From the IMG/VR virus record IMGVR_UViG_3300028920_000049: 64,000 nucleotides of DNA; one strand, 5' to 3'. The stretch comes from a virus. A program made the translations under genes and the position numbers. Below are positions 36,812 through 45,550 of this stretch, one piece after another. Within the stretch, counting starts at the first letter, position 1, and every line of letters begins with the position of its first letter. The notes beneath the pieces were generated by a model. The model was not told the origin of the DNA. It did no database searches and saw nothing but the letters and a program-made list of their open reading frames with translations.

Positions 36812-37104
36812 ATGCGTCTTAGAAAAGCCTTGAAACAATCTACCACATTTTTGTGAAGAATGGGATGCTCTCCTAGTTTGTAGTCATATTTCGTCTCGAG
36901 TTTACTATCACAGATAGTACAAGTATAGTGATCATGCTCATCGTAGGTCCAGTTACCGGGCTCCATGCCGATTTCAGCTAGCTCTTCCTTGACGACTCGT
37001 CTGATCTGGTCCTCAAGTGTTTCAACACTGCTTCCCAGTTCAGCCACTCGACGGACCCGCTCCCGCATTTCGGACATACTACTGGTTGGGGGTTTACCTG
37101 CCAT
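36802..37104 (-). CDS. hypothetical protein (start may be 36966)
   Basis: CTIC...HPILH; stop inside tRNA-Leu(CAA). Confidence 0.5.
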   Translation of the reverse strand: MAGKPPTSSMSEMRERVRRVAELGSSVETLEDQIRRVVKEELAEIGMEPGNWTYDEHDHYTCTICDSKLETKYDYKLGEHPILHKNVVDCFKAFLRRMRV

Positions 37105-37142
37105 CTAAATTTACACTTTCTGCACTTAAAATCTGCATCCAT
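36978..37142 (-). CDS. small zinc-ribbon protein
   Basis: CRKC...CPKC from MDADF. Confidence 0.45.
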   Translation of the reverse strand: MDADFKCRKCKFRWQVNPQPVVCPKCGSGSVEWLNWEAVLKHLRTRSDESSRKS

Positions 37143-37356
37143 TTTTGATGATCCGATGGACATCATGAGGCTGGACTCCCTTAGGGAAGTCATGCGGGTA
37201 GAACTCTAGCTTTCTGTAGATGCTTGTTGGCTTGTGGAACAGAACGAGCTCGTGCTTTCCGATGTTCTGCCACTCCTCGTCACTAATGTCCTGTACCTTC
37301 CACTCCCAGGTTTCTCCATCAACACTGATCTTCCTGGTTTTCTTGGATCTGGACAT
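37126..37356 (-). CDS. hypothetical protein
   Basis: Likely start MSRSKK at 37356. Confidence 0.5.
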   Translation of the reverse strand: MSRSKKTRKISVDGETWEWKVQDISDEEWQNIGKHELVLFHKPTSIYRKLEFYPHDFPKGVQPHDVHRIIKNGCRF

Positions 37357-37408
37357 GCTGACAGCCTTTCTGAAAAAATTTTTCAAATTTGCCTCTATAA
37401 GAGGATTG

Positions 37409-37756
37409 TGGAGCTGCCGGGATTCGCACCCGGGTCCTAAACTCTTCCAGTTACCTTCGTATGACCATAAGGGGCGCTAGTTGCCCAGCGCCTCCACCAG
37501 GTGAGTTTCGGGCCTCATCACCAGGAGTACCTATTCTATTGATCTGTTTAAGTTCACATCTCAGCTAGGTATTAACCCACCCGTCTTCTGTTGCCAGGCC
37601 AGGGTTCCAGGCCCCGCTTAGGAGCTTACGCTGCCTGAGCAAATGCTACGGTGTTATCGTTAGCAACTAAATGGTTGAGTATTGATTATAGTGAGCCATA
37701 CTCTCTCACTGGTCATCCAGTTTCCTTCAATAGCCTAGTCGAATCTATTCAGCCCC
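37409..37756 (-). ncRNA. ssrA: tmRNA, tag ANDNTVAFAQAA
   Basis: 5' GGGGCUGAAUAGAUUCGAC, G3-U acceptor pair, 3' GGGUGCGAAUCCCGGCAGCUCCA, resume frame GCU AAC GAU AAC ACC GUA GCA UUU GCU CAG GCA GCG UAA. Confidence 0.93.
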
Positions 37757-38000
37757 CTTTATGTTTGTTTGCTCTGACTACTACCATGACCTCAACTGCT
37801 GTCACCTCGTTAGCTGGTAGTGCGTCAATAAATTCGCCTCTATGAACGTTCCAAGCTGACTTCTTATTGTCATCAGACAGCTTGAGGCATAGAGAGGTCA
37901 TTGGATCAGCTCTATGTCCGCTGATATAGTATTCCCCTACTGCTAGGTCTCTAAAGAAGCAGTTATAGGTCCCGTCTCTTGAGTCTCTGATATGTATCAT
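37749..38000 (-). CDS. hypothetical protein
   Basis: Start MIHIRD at 38000; stop inside the tmRNA 5' end. Confidence 0.55.
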   Translation of the reverse strand: MIHIRDSRDGTYNCFFRDLAVGEYYISGHRADPMTSLCLKLSDDNKKSAWNVHRGEFIDALPANEVTAVEVMVVVRANKHKGG

Positions 38001-38018
38001 GTCTCTTTCCTTTACTTG

Positions 38019-38104
38019 AGGGTAGGGAGGGACTTGAACCCCCAACGTTTCTGATGTCACTGATTTACAGTCAGCTGCCTTCACCCAGTTTGGCATACCT
38101 ACCC
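38019..38104 (-). tRNA. tRNA-Tyr(GUA)
   Basis: Loop CUGUAAA, long variable arm, U at the discriminator position. Confidence 0.9.
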
Positions 38105-38129
38105 GAGGGCAGGACCTCTCATCCTGCTT

Positions 38130-38310
38130 CGAGAATTAACTCGCCACACCATAGTGGAACCTTTCTTTGAAGGCCTAAGTCATCCGTTTCGTGGAGCACG
38201 GTGAACTTCCGTCTTTAAGCGATCTACCTCGATATTCGCGCGGGGCCGGGCAGGGCAACCTAGGCTTGTACGCTTCCCCACTTGCACCCTCGAGGTTTGT
38301 TCACTTCTCG
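38130..38310 (-). ncRNA. unidentified structured RNA of about 181 nt (6S-like or divergent Y-like)
   Basis: CGAGAA/UUCUCG closing stem, nested helices AGUGG..AA/UUCCACU and GCCUAGGU/ACUUAGGC; no ORF between tRNA-Val and tRNA-Tyr. Confidence 0.5.
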
Positions 38311-38314
38311 CTTG

Positions 38315-38387
38315 TGCGCGGTGACGGGCTTGAACCGCCGACCTATTGGGTGTAAACCAATTGCTCTCCCAACTGAGCTAACCGCGC
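38315..38387 (-). tRNA. tRNA-Val(UAC)
   Basis: Loop UUUACAC. Confidence 0.94.
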
Positions 38388-38608
38388 TCTTCGTCTTCTG
38401 CTTTTCGATCTTTATCTATGTAAGTGATAATAGCTGTCACTGTCAAGTCTGGTTCGTTTGTATCTTCATCAATGCTAGGCTCAATCTCCGTGACGTTTAG
38501 GCCAAACGCTCCGTCTGGTGTGTCTAAGGCAACCCCTCCCTCGAGGAGTTTACCTATCATGCCCCGAGGGACAGTGAAAACGATAGTGTCACCTACATCA
38601 GCTGCCAT
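38378..38608 (-). CDS. hypothetical protein
   Basis: 76 aa; stop inside tRNA-Val. Confidence 0.55.
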   Translation of the reverse strand: MAADVGDTIVFTVPRGMIGKLLEGGVALDTPDGAFGLNVTEIEPSIDEDTNEPDLTVTAIITYIDKDRKAEDEERG

Positions 38609-38635
38609 AGGAACAGACTGACATGCTGCTGAGGG

Positions 38636-39013
38636 TCAGTCAAGCTCTATGTCATTAAATCTGTGATATGGCTTCGGTTTTATGATTTTTTCAAGGTAGA
38701 AAGGGTGGTACCGGGCCGAGTCAAATCTTACCCGGTACCCTTTGCGTGCTAGCTCCTCAAAGAGGAGCTTTGTGCCGATTTGATAGGCTTCTTCTTCGGG
38801 TGCACAGAATGGTTTCTCAAGGACATAGACTCCACATTCAGCTGGAACTAGTTCCTTTATCTCTACGAGATCTTCGAGAGGAAACCACTTCTTTACAATC
38901 ACCTTACCAGAATTTGTACCGAAGAATGCCCACCATGCGTGATTAGACTCGTGTTTGTGTGGTGTAACATATCCTCGCTCTATCAATTCAGTTAAGCACG
39001 TCATCTTCTCCAC
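38636..39013 (-). CDS. hypothetical protein
   Basis: 125 aa in the co-directional run. Confidence 0.55.
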   Translation of the reverse strand: MEKMTCLTELIERGYVTPHKHESNHAWWAFFGTNSGKVIVKKWFPLEDLVEIKELVPAECGVYVLEKPFCAPEEEAYQIGTKLLFEELARKGYRVRFDSARYHPFYLEKIIKPKPYHRFNDIELD

Positions 39014-39206
39014 CTGCTACTGGAGTTACCTCCAGTTCAGGGTGCTCGGTTTGACCCACTTTCACCTGTTCAATCATTCTCTCCATTAGGTCCTTGAGTA
39101 TGGCTATGCCCTGCTCAAAATGGACCTTGTGAAACAATGCTTCATAGGCTTCTAGGTTATCTGGATCCCACCTTACACGAATTTCTGGATAGTCCTCATC
39201 AGGCAT
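38988..39206 (-). CDS. hypothetical protein
   Basis: 72 aa after a GGAG RBS. Confidence 0.55.
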   Translation of the reverse strand: MPDEDYPEIRVRWDPDNLEAYEALFHKVHFEQGIAILKDLMERMIEQVKVGQTEHPELEVTPVAGGEDDVLN

Positions 39207-39208
39207 TT

Positions 39209-39556
39209 TTACTCCGAAAGGATGTTGGCGAATCTTCTGAGGGATGCATCAGTTGCGCTGTTTTTGTTTAGCTTTCTCTTTGGTCTCTTGATTGTCTTCT
39301 TGCCTGTGTTATCGACGTATCCCTTAGCTAGCTTCTTATTGATGATAGACCTGGCATATCCCGAAGCCAGAGACTGGCTATAGAAGGTCTTTCTAACACC
39401 AGCCCTGGGCTTCTTTGTACCGATGGCCCCATGACTAGTTTCTACGTGCCACTTGTGCGTCTTCCCCTCTTCGAGATAGCACTTGACCTCGTAGAACTTG
39501 TTATGAGTGCCAGTGGTGCACTCAAGATAGTATTTATCCGTGAGTGTCTTTGCCAT
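39209..39556 (-). CDS. WGR domain protein
   Basis: YLECTTGTHNKFYEV...VETSHGAIGT...KLAKGY. Confidence 0.7.
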   Translation of the reverse strand: MAKTLTDKYYLECTTGTHNKFYEVKCYLEEGKTHKWHVETSHGAIGTKKPRAGVRKTFYSQSLASGYARSIINKKLAKGYVDNTGKKTIKRPKRKLNKNSATDASLRRFANILSE

Positions 39557-39565
39557 GTCTTTCCC

Positions 39566-41338
39566 TTAGAAGTTCTCCCTGATGTACTCGATAGTGAAGA
39601 CTTGCTTCTCTTCGGTCTCACCAGTTTCCTTGTTCACGACGACCTCAGTCCTCAGTCCTTCGAACTCGAGGATGGTGTCGAGCAACTTCTCTGAATAGCC
39701 GGCTACCAAGTTGGTCTTGGTGTCCTTCTGCTCAGTCAGGGCACGGCCATAACCAGCGAGGTCCAGACAGTGAAGGAAACACTTCTTGTTTTTCTCCTTC
39801 CTGTAGTCCCTGATTAGCTCCTTGACTGACCTTCTGTCGCGACTTCTGCTGCCCCAGTAGTAGTCAGAGTGGCTACCATAGGTCTGCATGTCAGAGATGA
39901 TGATCATGCGGTCAAATGTGATGTTGTTTTGTTTGAGCGCCCACTTGAGTGCCTCTTCTGCGTTGGTGCTGTGACCAACTCGGAGCGTAGCAACCTCGTC
40001 AGCGATGTCAAACACGTTACCACTAGCCCGTGGGTTGATCTGAGCTGGTTTCCATGTATCACCGAACGCACCGATTACGGAGTTAGGCTCGCTCTTCTTG
40101 GCAATGATGGTACCCAGAATGCAGGCAGCCTTATTCATGCTCATCTGAGAGTTGCTGCTGATCGGGTTGCCCATGCTACCAGAGTTGTCAACTGCGATGA
40201 GACTGGTGCCTGGAATGTCATCCAGAGCATCGATCACCTTCTCAACGGCCTCGCCCAGAGCGTCGTACAGCTTCTTCTCCTGACCGGTGAGGTTTGGAGC
40301 CTGAGGAGCGTAGTACCTGTTCACGCTGAGCTGACCGGTGATTGCGTCCCTGGCTGCCAGGAACCTGTGGGGGAGCTGCTTGCTCTTCACAGCACCGTTG
40401 ATCAGCTTGTCGCACACCATCTGGATGTACTTGGCATCCACGCCAGCCTGCAGGATATTCCTGAGGTTACGCAGCATAGCCATGTACGGAAGCTGGTTGC
40501 TCTCAATGAGATGTTCCCAGATATCCTTGGTGTTACCGAACTGAGAGAGCAGAACCTCCCAGCCAGCGCCACTCTTCTTGGCAAACTGCTGAGCTCGAGG
40601 CCCGAATTCCTTCATCTTGCTGAGGTTTTTCCTTGCAGCGATGACTGGAGTAGCCTTTGGATCTGTGACCTCACCTGTCTTCAGGTAGTGGTCTAGTGCC
40701 TTCGGAAGCGGGTAGTTTGTACTTCTGTCGATCATCTTGAGGACGTCTGAGAAGTATGGGCGGTGCTGACCCTCATACTTCAGGAAGTCCCGCTCCTTGA
40801 ACTTGCTGAACGCATCAGCGAGACCACGCTTCAGGCTGTTTGGAAGAGCAGTCTGAGTGCCGTACAGAGACCTGGAGGCCACGAACACCTGTTTCAGCTC
40901 GTCTGCCCTCTGAATGACCTTCGGACAGTAGGTGCGTACGTACTGCTTGGTCTCCGCACACTGTGCAGCGACTGCAACCAGCACCTGAGGTGTGGTCCTG
41001 AGCTTCATCTCCTTGCGTGCCCAGTGGGCAATCGCTAGGAGGTCACGAGGACTCTCGGACTCAGCGATCTCGTGCGCAGTGTTGATGATCAGCTGTGCAT
41101 GCTCATCAAAGTCCGACTCGTCGTAGTTGTACCCACGATCCATCGCCTGAGGATCGGTTGGGTAGTACTTCGGCTCGTTGAACATTGATGACCCTAGGAT
41201 GGCGATCATGCGCTCAGAGGGATCCTGAATCTCATGGACCTGGGTTCCCACGGCACTGGTTGCCATGACCTCGCGAATGCTGGTCTTTCCGTCCTTGACC
41301 TTGCGCTTGAGATTGGTCTTAACCTTGCTCTTCTTCAT
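39566..41338 (-). CDS. Ro60/Rsr-like TROVE domain RNA-binding protein with a vWA domain
   Basis: AHWARKEMKLRTTP, IQRADEL, LPYMAMLRNLRN, SKQLPHRFLAA, MIDAS IAVDNSGSM, IIISDMQ and LVAGYSEK. Confidence 0.92.
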   Translation of the reverse strand: MKKSKVKTNLKRKVKDGKTSIREVMATSAVGTQVHEIQDPSERMIAILGSSMFNEPKYYPTDPQAMDRGYNYDESDFDEHAQLIINTAHEIAESESPRDLLAIAHWARKEMKLRTTPQVLVAVAAQCAETKQYVRTYCPKVIQRADELKQVFVASRSLYGTQTALPNSLKRGLADAFSKFKERDFLKYEGQHRPYFSDVLKMIDRSTNYPLPKALDHYLKTGEVTDPKATPVIAARKNLSKMKEFGPRAQQFAKKSGAGWEVLLSQFGNTKDIWEHLIESNQLPYMAMLRNLRNILQAGVDAKYIQMVCDKLINGAVKSKQLPHRFLAARDAITGQLSVNRYYAPQAPNLTGQEKKLYDALGEAVEKVIDALDDIPGTSLIAVDNSGSMGNPISSNSQMSMNKAACILGTIIAKKSEPNSVIGAFGDTWKPAQINPRASGNVFDIADEVATLRVGHSTNAEEALKWALKQNNITFDRMIIISDMQTYGSHSDYYWGSRSRDRRSVKELIRDYRKEKNKKCFLHCLDLAGYGRALTEQKDTKTNLVAGYSEKLLDTILEFEGLRTEVVVNKETGETEEKQVFTIEYIRENF

Positions 41339-41370
41339 TGCTCTTCTCCTTGAGAGTAGTTACTGCTCAA

Positions 41371-42171
41371 TTACTTGGTCTCAAAACCGAGTGCGACCAA
41401 GCTATCGAAATCCAACGTGTATTTCTCTTCGTCCCTGAGATGCATGCTCACTAGGCTCAGACTCTCTGCCTCAGCCTTGAGTACCTTGATATGCCCACCA
41501 ATCAGAACAAGCTTCTTCTGGGCATCAGTCACTTTGCGACGCAGAGTATTCAGCCTTGCTGCTGCCTTGTCTACCTGTGTTGGGAGCCCAGTGGTTCCAT
41601 TGGTTGCACGTGCCCTCTGCTGGCGTTCTGGGTACTCCTGGCCTTCTGCCATATCGGCTGCGCAGGGCTGGATTGCCAGGTTACCGTCTTGCATCCCGGC
41701 GTAGGCGCCTGGAAGACATCCCGAGACTCCCGAGGATGCTCTCACAACACTTTTTGACTGATCCAGCTCTTTTGCGAGCTCATCGATCTCTTTGAAACGC
41801 TCCTGGAACTTATCGAAGCCGTCTTCGAAGACCACAGCCTTTTCACCGACTAGCTTATCGGTTTCCTTGTTGAAATCGAACTCAGTGTCGGCCCACGCCT
41901 TAAACACTTCGTCCAGCTGCCTCTGGTAGGGGCGTGCTGCGGCTACCTTGTCGTTGCTACGCTCCTGGTAGAACTCACGAAGAGCCATGAGTTCCTTCTC
42001 TTTGTCGTTTACGAACGCAGAGACGTCTTTGGTCGCTCCCTCGAGTCTCTGAACTTCGCCAGAGATCTCGTCAACTCTGCGAGCGACTGCCTCTTTGATT
42101 TCTTTCCCTGTCTTGGCAAAGAGGAAGCCAACGACAGTATCACCTAGCAGGCGAGGCTGAAACTGATTCAT
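41371..42171 (-). CDS. coiled-coil hypothetical protein between Y RNA copy 2 and Ro60
   Basis: Start MNQF at 42171 after AAGGA (track extension is Y RNA sequence). Confidence 0.65.
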   Translation of the reverse strand: MNQFQPRLLGDTVVGFLFAKTGKEIKEAVARRVDEISGEVQRLEGATKDVSAFVNDKEKELMALREFYQERSNDKVAAARPYQRQLDEVFKAWADTEFDFNKETDKLVGEKAVVFEDGFDKFQERFKEIDELAKELDQSKSVVRASSGVSGCLPGAYAGMQDGNLAIQPCAADMAEGQEYPERQQRARATNGTTGLPTQVDKAAARLNTLRRKVTDAQKKLVLIGGHIKVLKAEAESLSLVSMHLRDEEKYTLDFDSLVALGFETK

Positions 42172-42194
42172 TTTATTGTCCTTTGTCGAAAAAT

Positions 42195-42310
42195 GGGCCG
42201 AGGAAAGTCGAATAGAGTGGATTACTGTGGGACTTGAACCCACGACAGTCATTTCACAATAATGATGCCCTACCAACTGGGCGAAGTAACTCGATTCTTC
42301 ACTACGGCCC
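42195..42310 (-). ncRNA. Y RNA (YrlA-type) copy 2 with a full tRNA-like domain
   Basis: GGGCCG/CGGCCC stem, GUGAAGAAUCGAGUUACUUC, D-arm GCCC-AGUUGGUA-GGGC, anticodon-like arm, T-arm GUGGG-UUCAAGU-CCCAC. Lies about 0.9 kb upstream of Ro60. Confidence 0.85.
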
Positions 42311-42462
42311 TTGTGCTCTACCGAAACTTTCTTTCCGGTGGGGCTATGGCGTCTTCGATAGCGGCTCCGAGAAAAAGACCGGCAATGCCGGCTAATAGGA
42401 GCATAGTGGAGGGAATGAATATAGGCATGACAATAGCCAAGGTCAAGCCTTCTCTGAATGTC

Positions 42463-42852
42463 TTAATCATCTTTCTCTCCTATTAATGCAGGATGTGGAT
42501 CTCCTGCAAATAGAACGCGTCCAAATCTTGGGTCCTTGAAGCAGATTCTCTTTGAAAGACCATGAAGCTCATAATCTACAGTTGTTCCGCGCAGAACGTC
42601 AAGATCTCCTGTATCGCACCAGACTTTGACCTCATCCTTGTAGCAAGCTACCAACACGTCTGAGGAAGTAATGTTGTCTTTGTCTTCACAGGCTAGCCAG
42701 AGAACACTATTGACCAGTCCGATTCTATAACAAATGTCTTTTGTGTTCATTTCCTTTTTGAATGATGCCAGGAATTCTAATACTTCTGTCGAGAAGATGA
42801 GCTTCATCTTTTCCCTTTCTCTGATTGCATCTAGCTTACATTTCCAACACAC
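42463..42852 (-). CDS. hypothetical protein
   Basis: 129 aa; start may be the internal MKLIF. Confidence 0.55.
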   Translation of the reverse strand: MCWKCKLDAIREREKMKLIFSTEVLEFLASFKKEMNTKDICYRIGLVNSVLWLACEDKDNITSSDVLVACYKDEVKVWCDTGDLDVLRGTTVDYELHGLSKRICFKDPRFGRVLFAGDPHPALIGEKDD

Positions 42853-43073
42853 TAGCGTTTCTCCGGATCTGCTGAGAACAAATGACCGATATCAGCTAGG
42901 AATTCGTCGCCAACATCCTGCAGGAATTTATCAAATGCCTGACGGATAACCTGGTTTACTGAGCTTTCATTTATTACACCAAGGGTATGCCCCAGGTGAG
43001 CAAAGGAGACTCTTTCATTCATGTGGTGTAGAGCCGCCAGGAATCTTGTATTGAGCTTTTCTTTATCTGCCAT
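42852..43073 (-). CDS. hypothetical protein
   Basis: 73 aa. Confidence 0.5.
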   Translation of the reverse strand: MADKEKLNTRFLAALHHMNERVSFAHLGHTLGVINESSVNQVIRQAFDKFLQDVGDEFLADIGHLFSADPEKR

Positions 43074-43097
43074 TGCGTAGCCCTGAAGTATGCTTAG

Positions 43098-43499
43098 TTA
43101 CTTAATTTCTAGCCTTTTGGGCTTAGATTCTTCTCTCTGTGGAGCCTTAATGGTCAAAAGACCATTATCGTATTTGACCTCAGCTGACGCTAGGTCATAA
43201 TTGCCCGAAACTTCTCTTCGCTTCCAGGTGAATGCCTTCCCAGCATGAAGATTGTCTCCGGATTCCACTTTCTTTCCCGTCACAGTGATGCAATCACCAG
43301 TGACCTCGACTGACAGGTGGTCCTCGGGGTAGCCCGCTAGTGCGAACTGGATAATGAGGTCTTCTCCATAATTCACGCGGGCCTCTGGAAAACCAGAAGA
43401 AGCATGAACCTGGGGAAAGAACTCATCAAAGAGCCTGTCAAATTCTTGGAATGAGATCAGCGGAGCTCTCATTGAGCTCCTCATAAGTGCATTTGTCAT
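43098..43499 (-). CDS. small heat-shock protein (Hsp20, IbpA-like)
   Basis: FALAGYPEDHLSVEV, AEVKYDNGLLTI and C-terminal LEI. Confidence 0.88.
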   Translation of the reverse strand: MTNALMRSSMRAPLISFQEFDRLFDEFFPQVHASSGFPEARVNYGEDLIIQFALAGYPEDHLSVEVTGDCITVTGKKVESGDNLHAGKAFTWKRREVSGNYDLASAEVKYDNGLLTIKAPQREESKPKRLEIK

Positions 43500-43560
43500 A
43501 GCAAATACCTCCTTCAGTAAGCAAGGTTTACCAAGCCTAGCTCCTCAATAGGCAGCTAGT
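43497..43560 (-). promoter_or_regulatory. ROSE-like RNA thermometer
   Basis: GUAAA-CCUUGCUU-ACUG-AAGGAGG-UA-UUUGC-UAUG: the UUGCU motif pairs with the SD with a bulged G; upstream CUAGCU/AGCUAG hairpin. Confidence 0.7.
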
Positions 43561-43573
43561 ACTCCAGGGCTAC

Positions 43574-43663
43574 TGGCGGGTAGAGTAGGATTCGAACCCA
43601 CGGACGCCGGAGCGTCTCCGGTTTTCAAGACCGGTGCAATTAGCCAGACTCTGCCATCTACCC
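43574..43663 (-). tRNA. tRNA-Ser(UGA)
   Basis: Loop CUUGAAA, long variable arm, G73, CCA encoded. Confidence 0.95.
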
Positions 43664-43921
43664 TTATAAAATCACTCTAAAAAAAATTTCTCAAATTTGT
43701 CCTATATAGGACTTTTGACCTTTCATTCTACTAGCTCCAAAACAGGCTGAACAGTCATTTTTTAGAACAGCGCTCTCTAGAACTCCAGGTCATACATTGT
43801 AAATAAAATATAAGTAATATTGGGACACAATGGCATTACAAGTTGCACTCATGTTCCCTTTATGACCATTCCTGCTGGATTTATGGAGCTAGGAATATCT
43901 CCTATCCGGATATGGTCGTTG

Positions 43922-43995
43922 CAGGGCCGACGAGATTTGAACTCGCGATCTCTGGCGTGACAGGCCAGCGCTTTAACACACTAAGCTACGACCCT
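43922..43995 (-). tRNA. tRNA-Asp(GUC)
   Basis: Loop CUGUCAC; G73. Confidence 0.93.
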
Positions 43996-44482
43996 ATTTG
44001 CCTAATAGAACCAATAGAGGATCTATATGGCACTTCTGAAGCCCAATGTCAAACTCGGTTTTCACCAGTTTGTCCATATGAGGCTCCATGTCTGTATCAT
44101 CGTCAATAATGGCGAATCTGTCAATATCGCTTCTCTCAGAAAGCCATTTATCGATCTCTTGACCTCTTTTTGACCATCTGCCGGTATAGTCGCCATTTTC
44201 GTCAAATAGCCGAAACGCTCGAGGCGTTCTAGCGATGATTGGAGTCCTTACACCTTGAGAAGCGATGTACTTCTTTGTGCTTTCAAAGCGTTCTTCAGTG
44301 CCATTTCGCCAGCTAGAGGAAAGCACTAAGAATGCGCCGGTCTCGTTACAGATGTAATTTAGTAAATGGACGCAATTTGGATCAAATTCGTAATGATGCT
44401 CTCCGTCCCAAGGGATCATTGGCCGTTCAATTGTTTTCCTATTGTTGAGAACGCCATCTATATCGAGAAAGATGATTTTCAT
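43994..44482 (-). CDS. HAD-superfamily phosphatase (Swiss Army Knife RNA-repair type, HAD_SAK_2-like)
   Basis: MKIIFLDIDGVLN, VLSSSWR, RGQEIDKWL and AIIDDDTD. Confidence 0.85.
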   Translation of the reverse strand: MKIIFLDIDGVLNNRKTIERPMIPWDGEHHYEFDPNCVHLLNYICNETGAFLVLSSSWRNGTEERFESTKKYIASQGVRTPIIARTPRAFRLFDENGDYTGRWSKRGQEIDKWLSERSDIDRFAIIDDDTDMEPHMDKLVKTEFDIGLQKCHIDPLLVLLGK

Positions 44483-44708
44483 TACTTAAGTCCTGATAGC
44501 ATGGCCAGAATGACCACCGCTACAATAATTCCACCTATCACAAAAGTTCTTTCTTTACCTTGCGGGCACAACCATGTGCCCCCATCTTGTAGCAAGTTGC
44601 TACAGCTTGGGATACACCCTTCTTTCTACCTTCGCGGTAACCAAGGTATACAGTGGCTATTATGATTAACATCACCACTACAAACGTGTAAATTAGGACG
44701 ATCATCAA

Positions 44709-44954
44709 TTAGACAAGTCCCTTGCGTATAGCTACCAGCATGCTTAATATATCCCACTGCTTGACATCCCAAACGCCTAGCCGTGCGAAGAAGGTGATTG
44801 AGTCGTCTAGCTTCCGAATTAAAGAGGTCAGCTCTGACTGTGATAACTGCGACTTCAGTTCCTGAGCGAGGGATTCCTCGGTACATTGGTGCCCAAGCTT
44901 CTGTGCCGCCGGTAAAGCGATTTCGAGAAATTCTTTGAATGCTGACATGAACAC
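44709..44954 (-). CDS. hypothetical protein
   Basis: 81 aa. Confidence 0.45.
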   Translation of the reverse strand: MFMSAFKEFLEIALPAAQKLGHQCTEESLAQELKSQLSQSELTSLIRKLDDSITFFARLGVWDVKQWDILSMLVAIRKGLV

Positions 44955-44956
44955 AA

Positions 44957-45226
44957 TTAAGGCTTAGGAGGCTTGATAGGAGTAGACTTGATAATAGCTT
45001 CACGCTTCCAGACCTTCCAGCCTTCTCCTTCGTTGTTAAAGCCAAATTCCTCATGAGAGAGGTACTTTTCTAGCCAGACATATGCTCCACCAGAAACGAC
45101 AGTAGGTAGCCAGGCAAAACGCTTAACAACTCTTCTTTCGCCATGCTTAGGGGCTTTCCACTTTATCGCCTTCTTTTGTGGCTTCGTTGCCAAGCTTTTA
45201 CCTTTGGGCTTTCCTCGTAGTTGCAT
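44957..45226 (-). CDS. hypothetical protein
   Basis: RRVVKRFAWLP...WLE motif typical of small phage proteins. Confidence 0.55.
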   Translation of the reverse strand: MQLRGKPKGKSLATKPQKKAIKWKAPKHGERRVVKRFAWLPTVVSGGAYVWLEKYLSHEEFGFNNEGEGWKVWKREAIIKSTPIKPPKP

Positions 45227-45331
45227 CCTAGCCTCACACAGAGCTGAGATATCTCATTTTTCAGCCAGACCAGTCCGCACCTGGAACAGGCTTTTCTGGA
45301 GATGCCTGTTAGAAGATACCATTTGTGAGGC

Positions 45332-45550
45332 TCATGTGCCATGCTGCCACTTCAGGTATGTCTGCCCTTCGGGCTTCTTGAGCCAGATTTGACCTACTCT
45401 CGTATTGAGGAATTCTGAGAACTCCTGATGGTATTCCTCTTCCGTCAGATAGCTCTCCCAGAGCTCGTCAAATGTTATTCCGAGGTTTCGCCACTTCTTG
45501 ATGCGGCGATTCAGATCTCGTTTGAAGTATAGCGCTTTGATGTTATCCAT
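45332..45550 (-). CDS. hypothetical protein
   Basis: Likely start MDNIK at 45550. Confidence 0.5.
   Translation of the reverse strand: MDNIKALYFKRDLNRRIKKWRNLGITFDELWESYLTEEEYHQEFSEFLNTRVGQIWLKKPEGQTYLKWQHGT

Noticed and set aside
42199-42210. RNase P RNA from GAGGAAAGTC on the plus strand
   Set aside because: It is the reverse complement of the Y RNA copy 2 3' end, and no other RNase P conserved regions are nearby.
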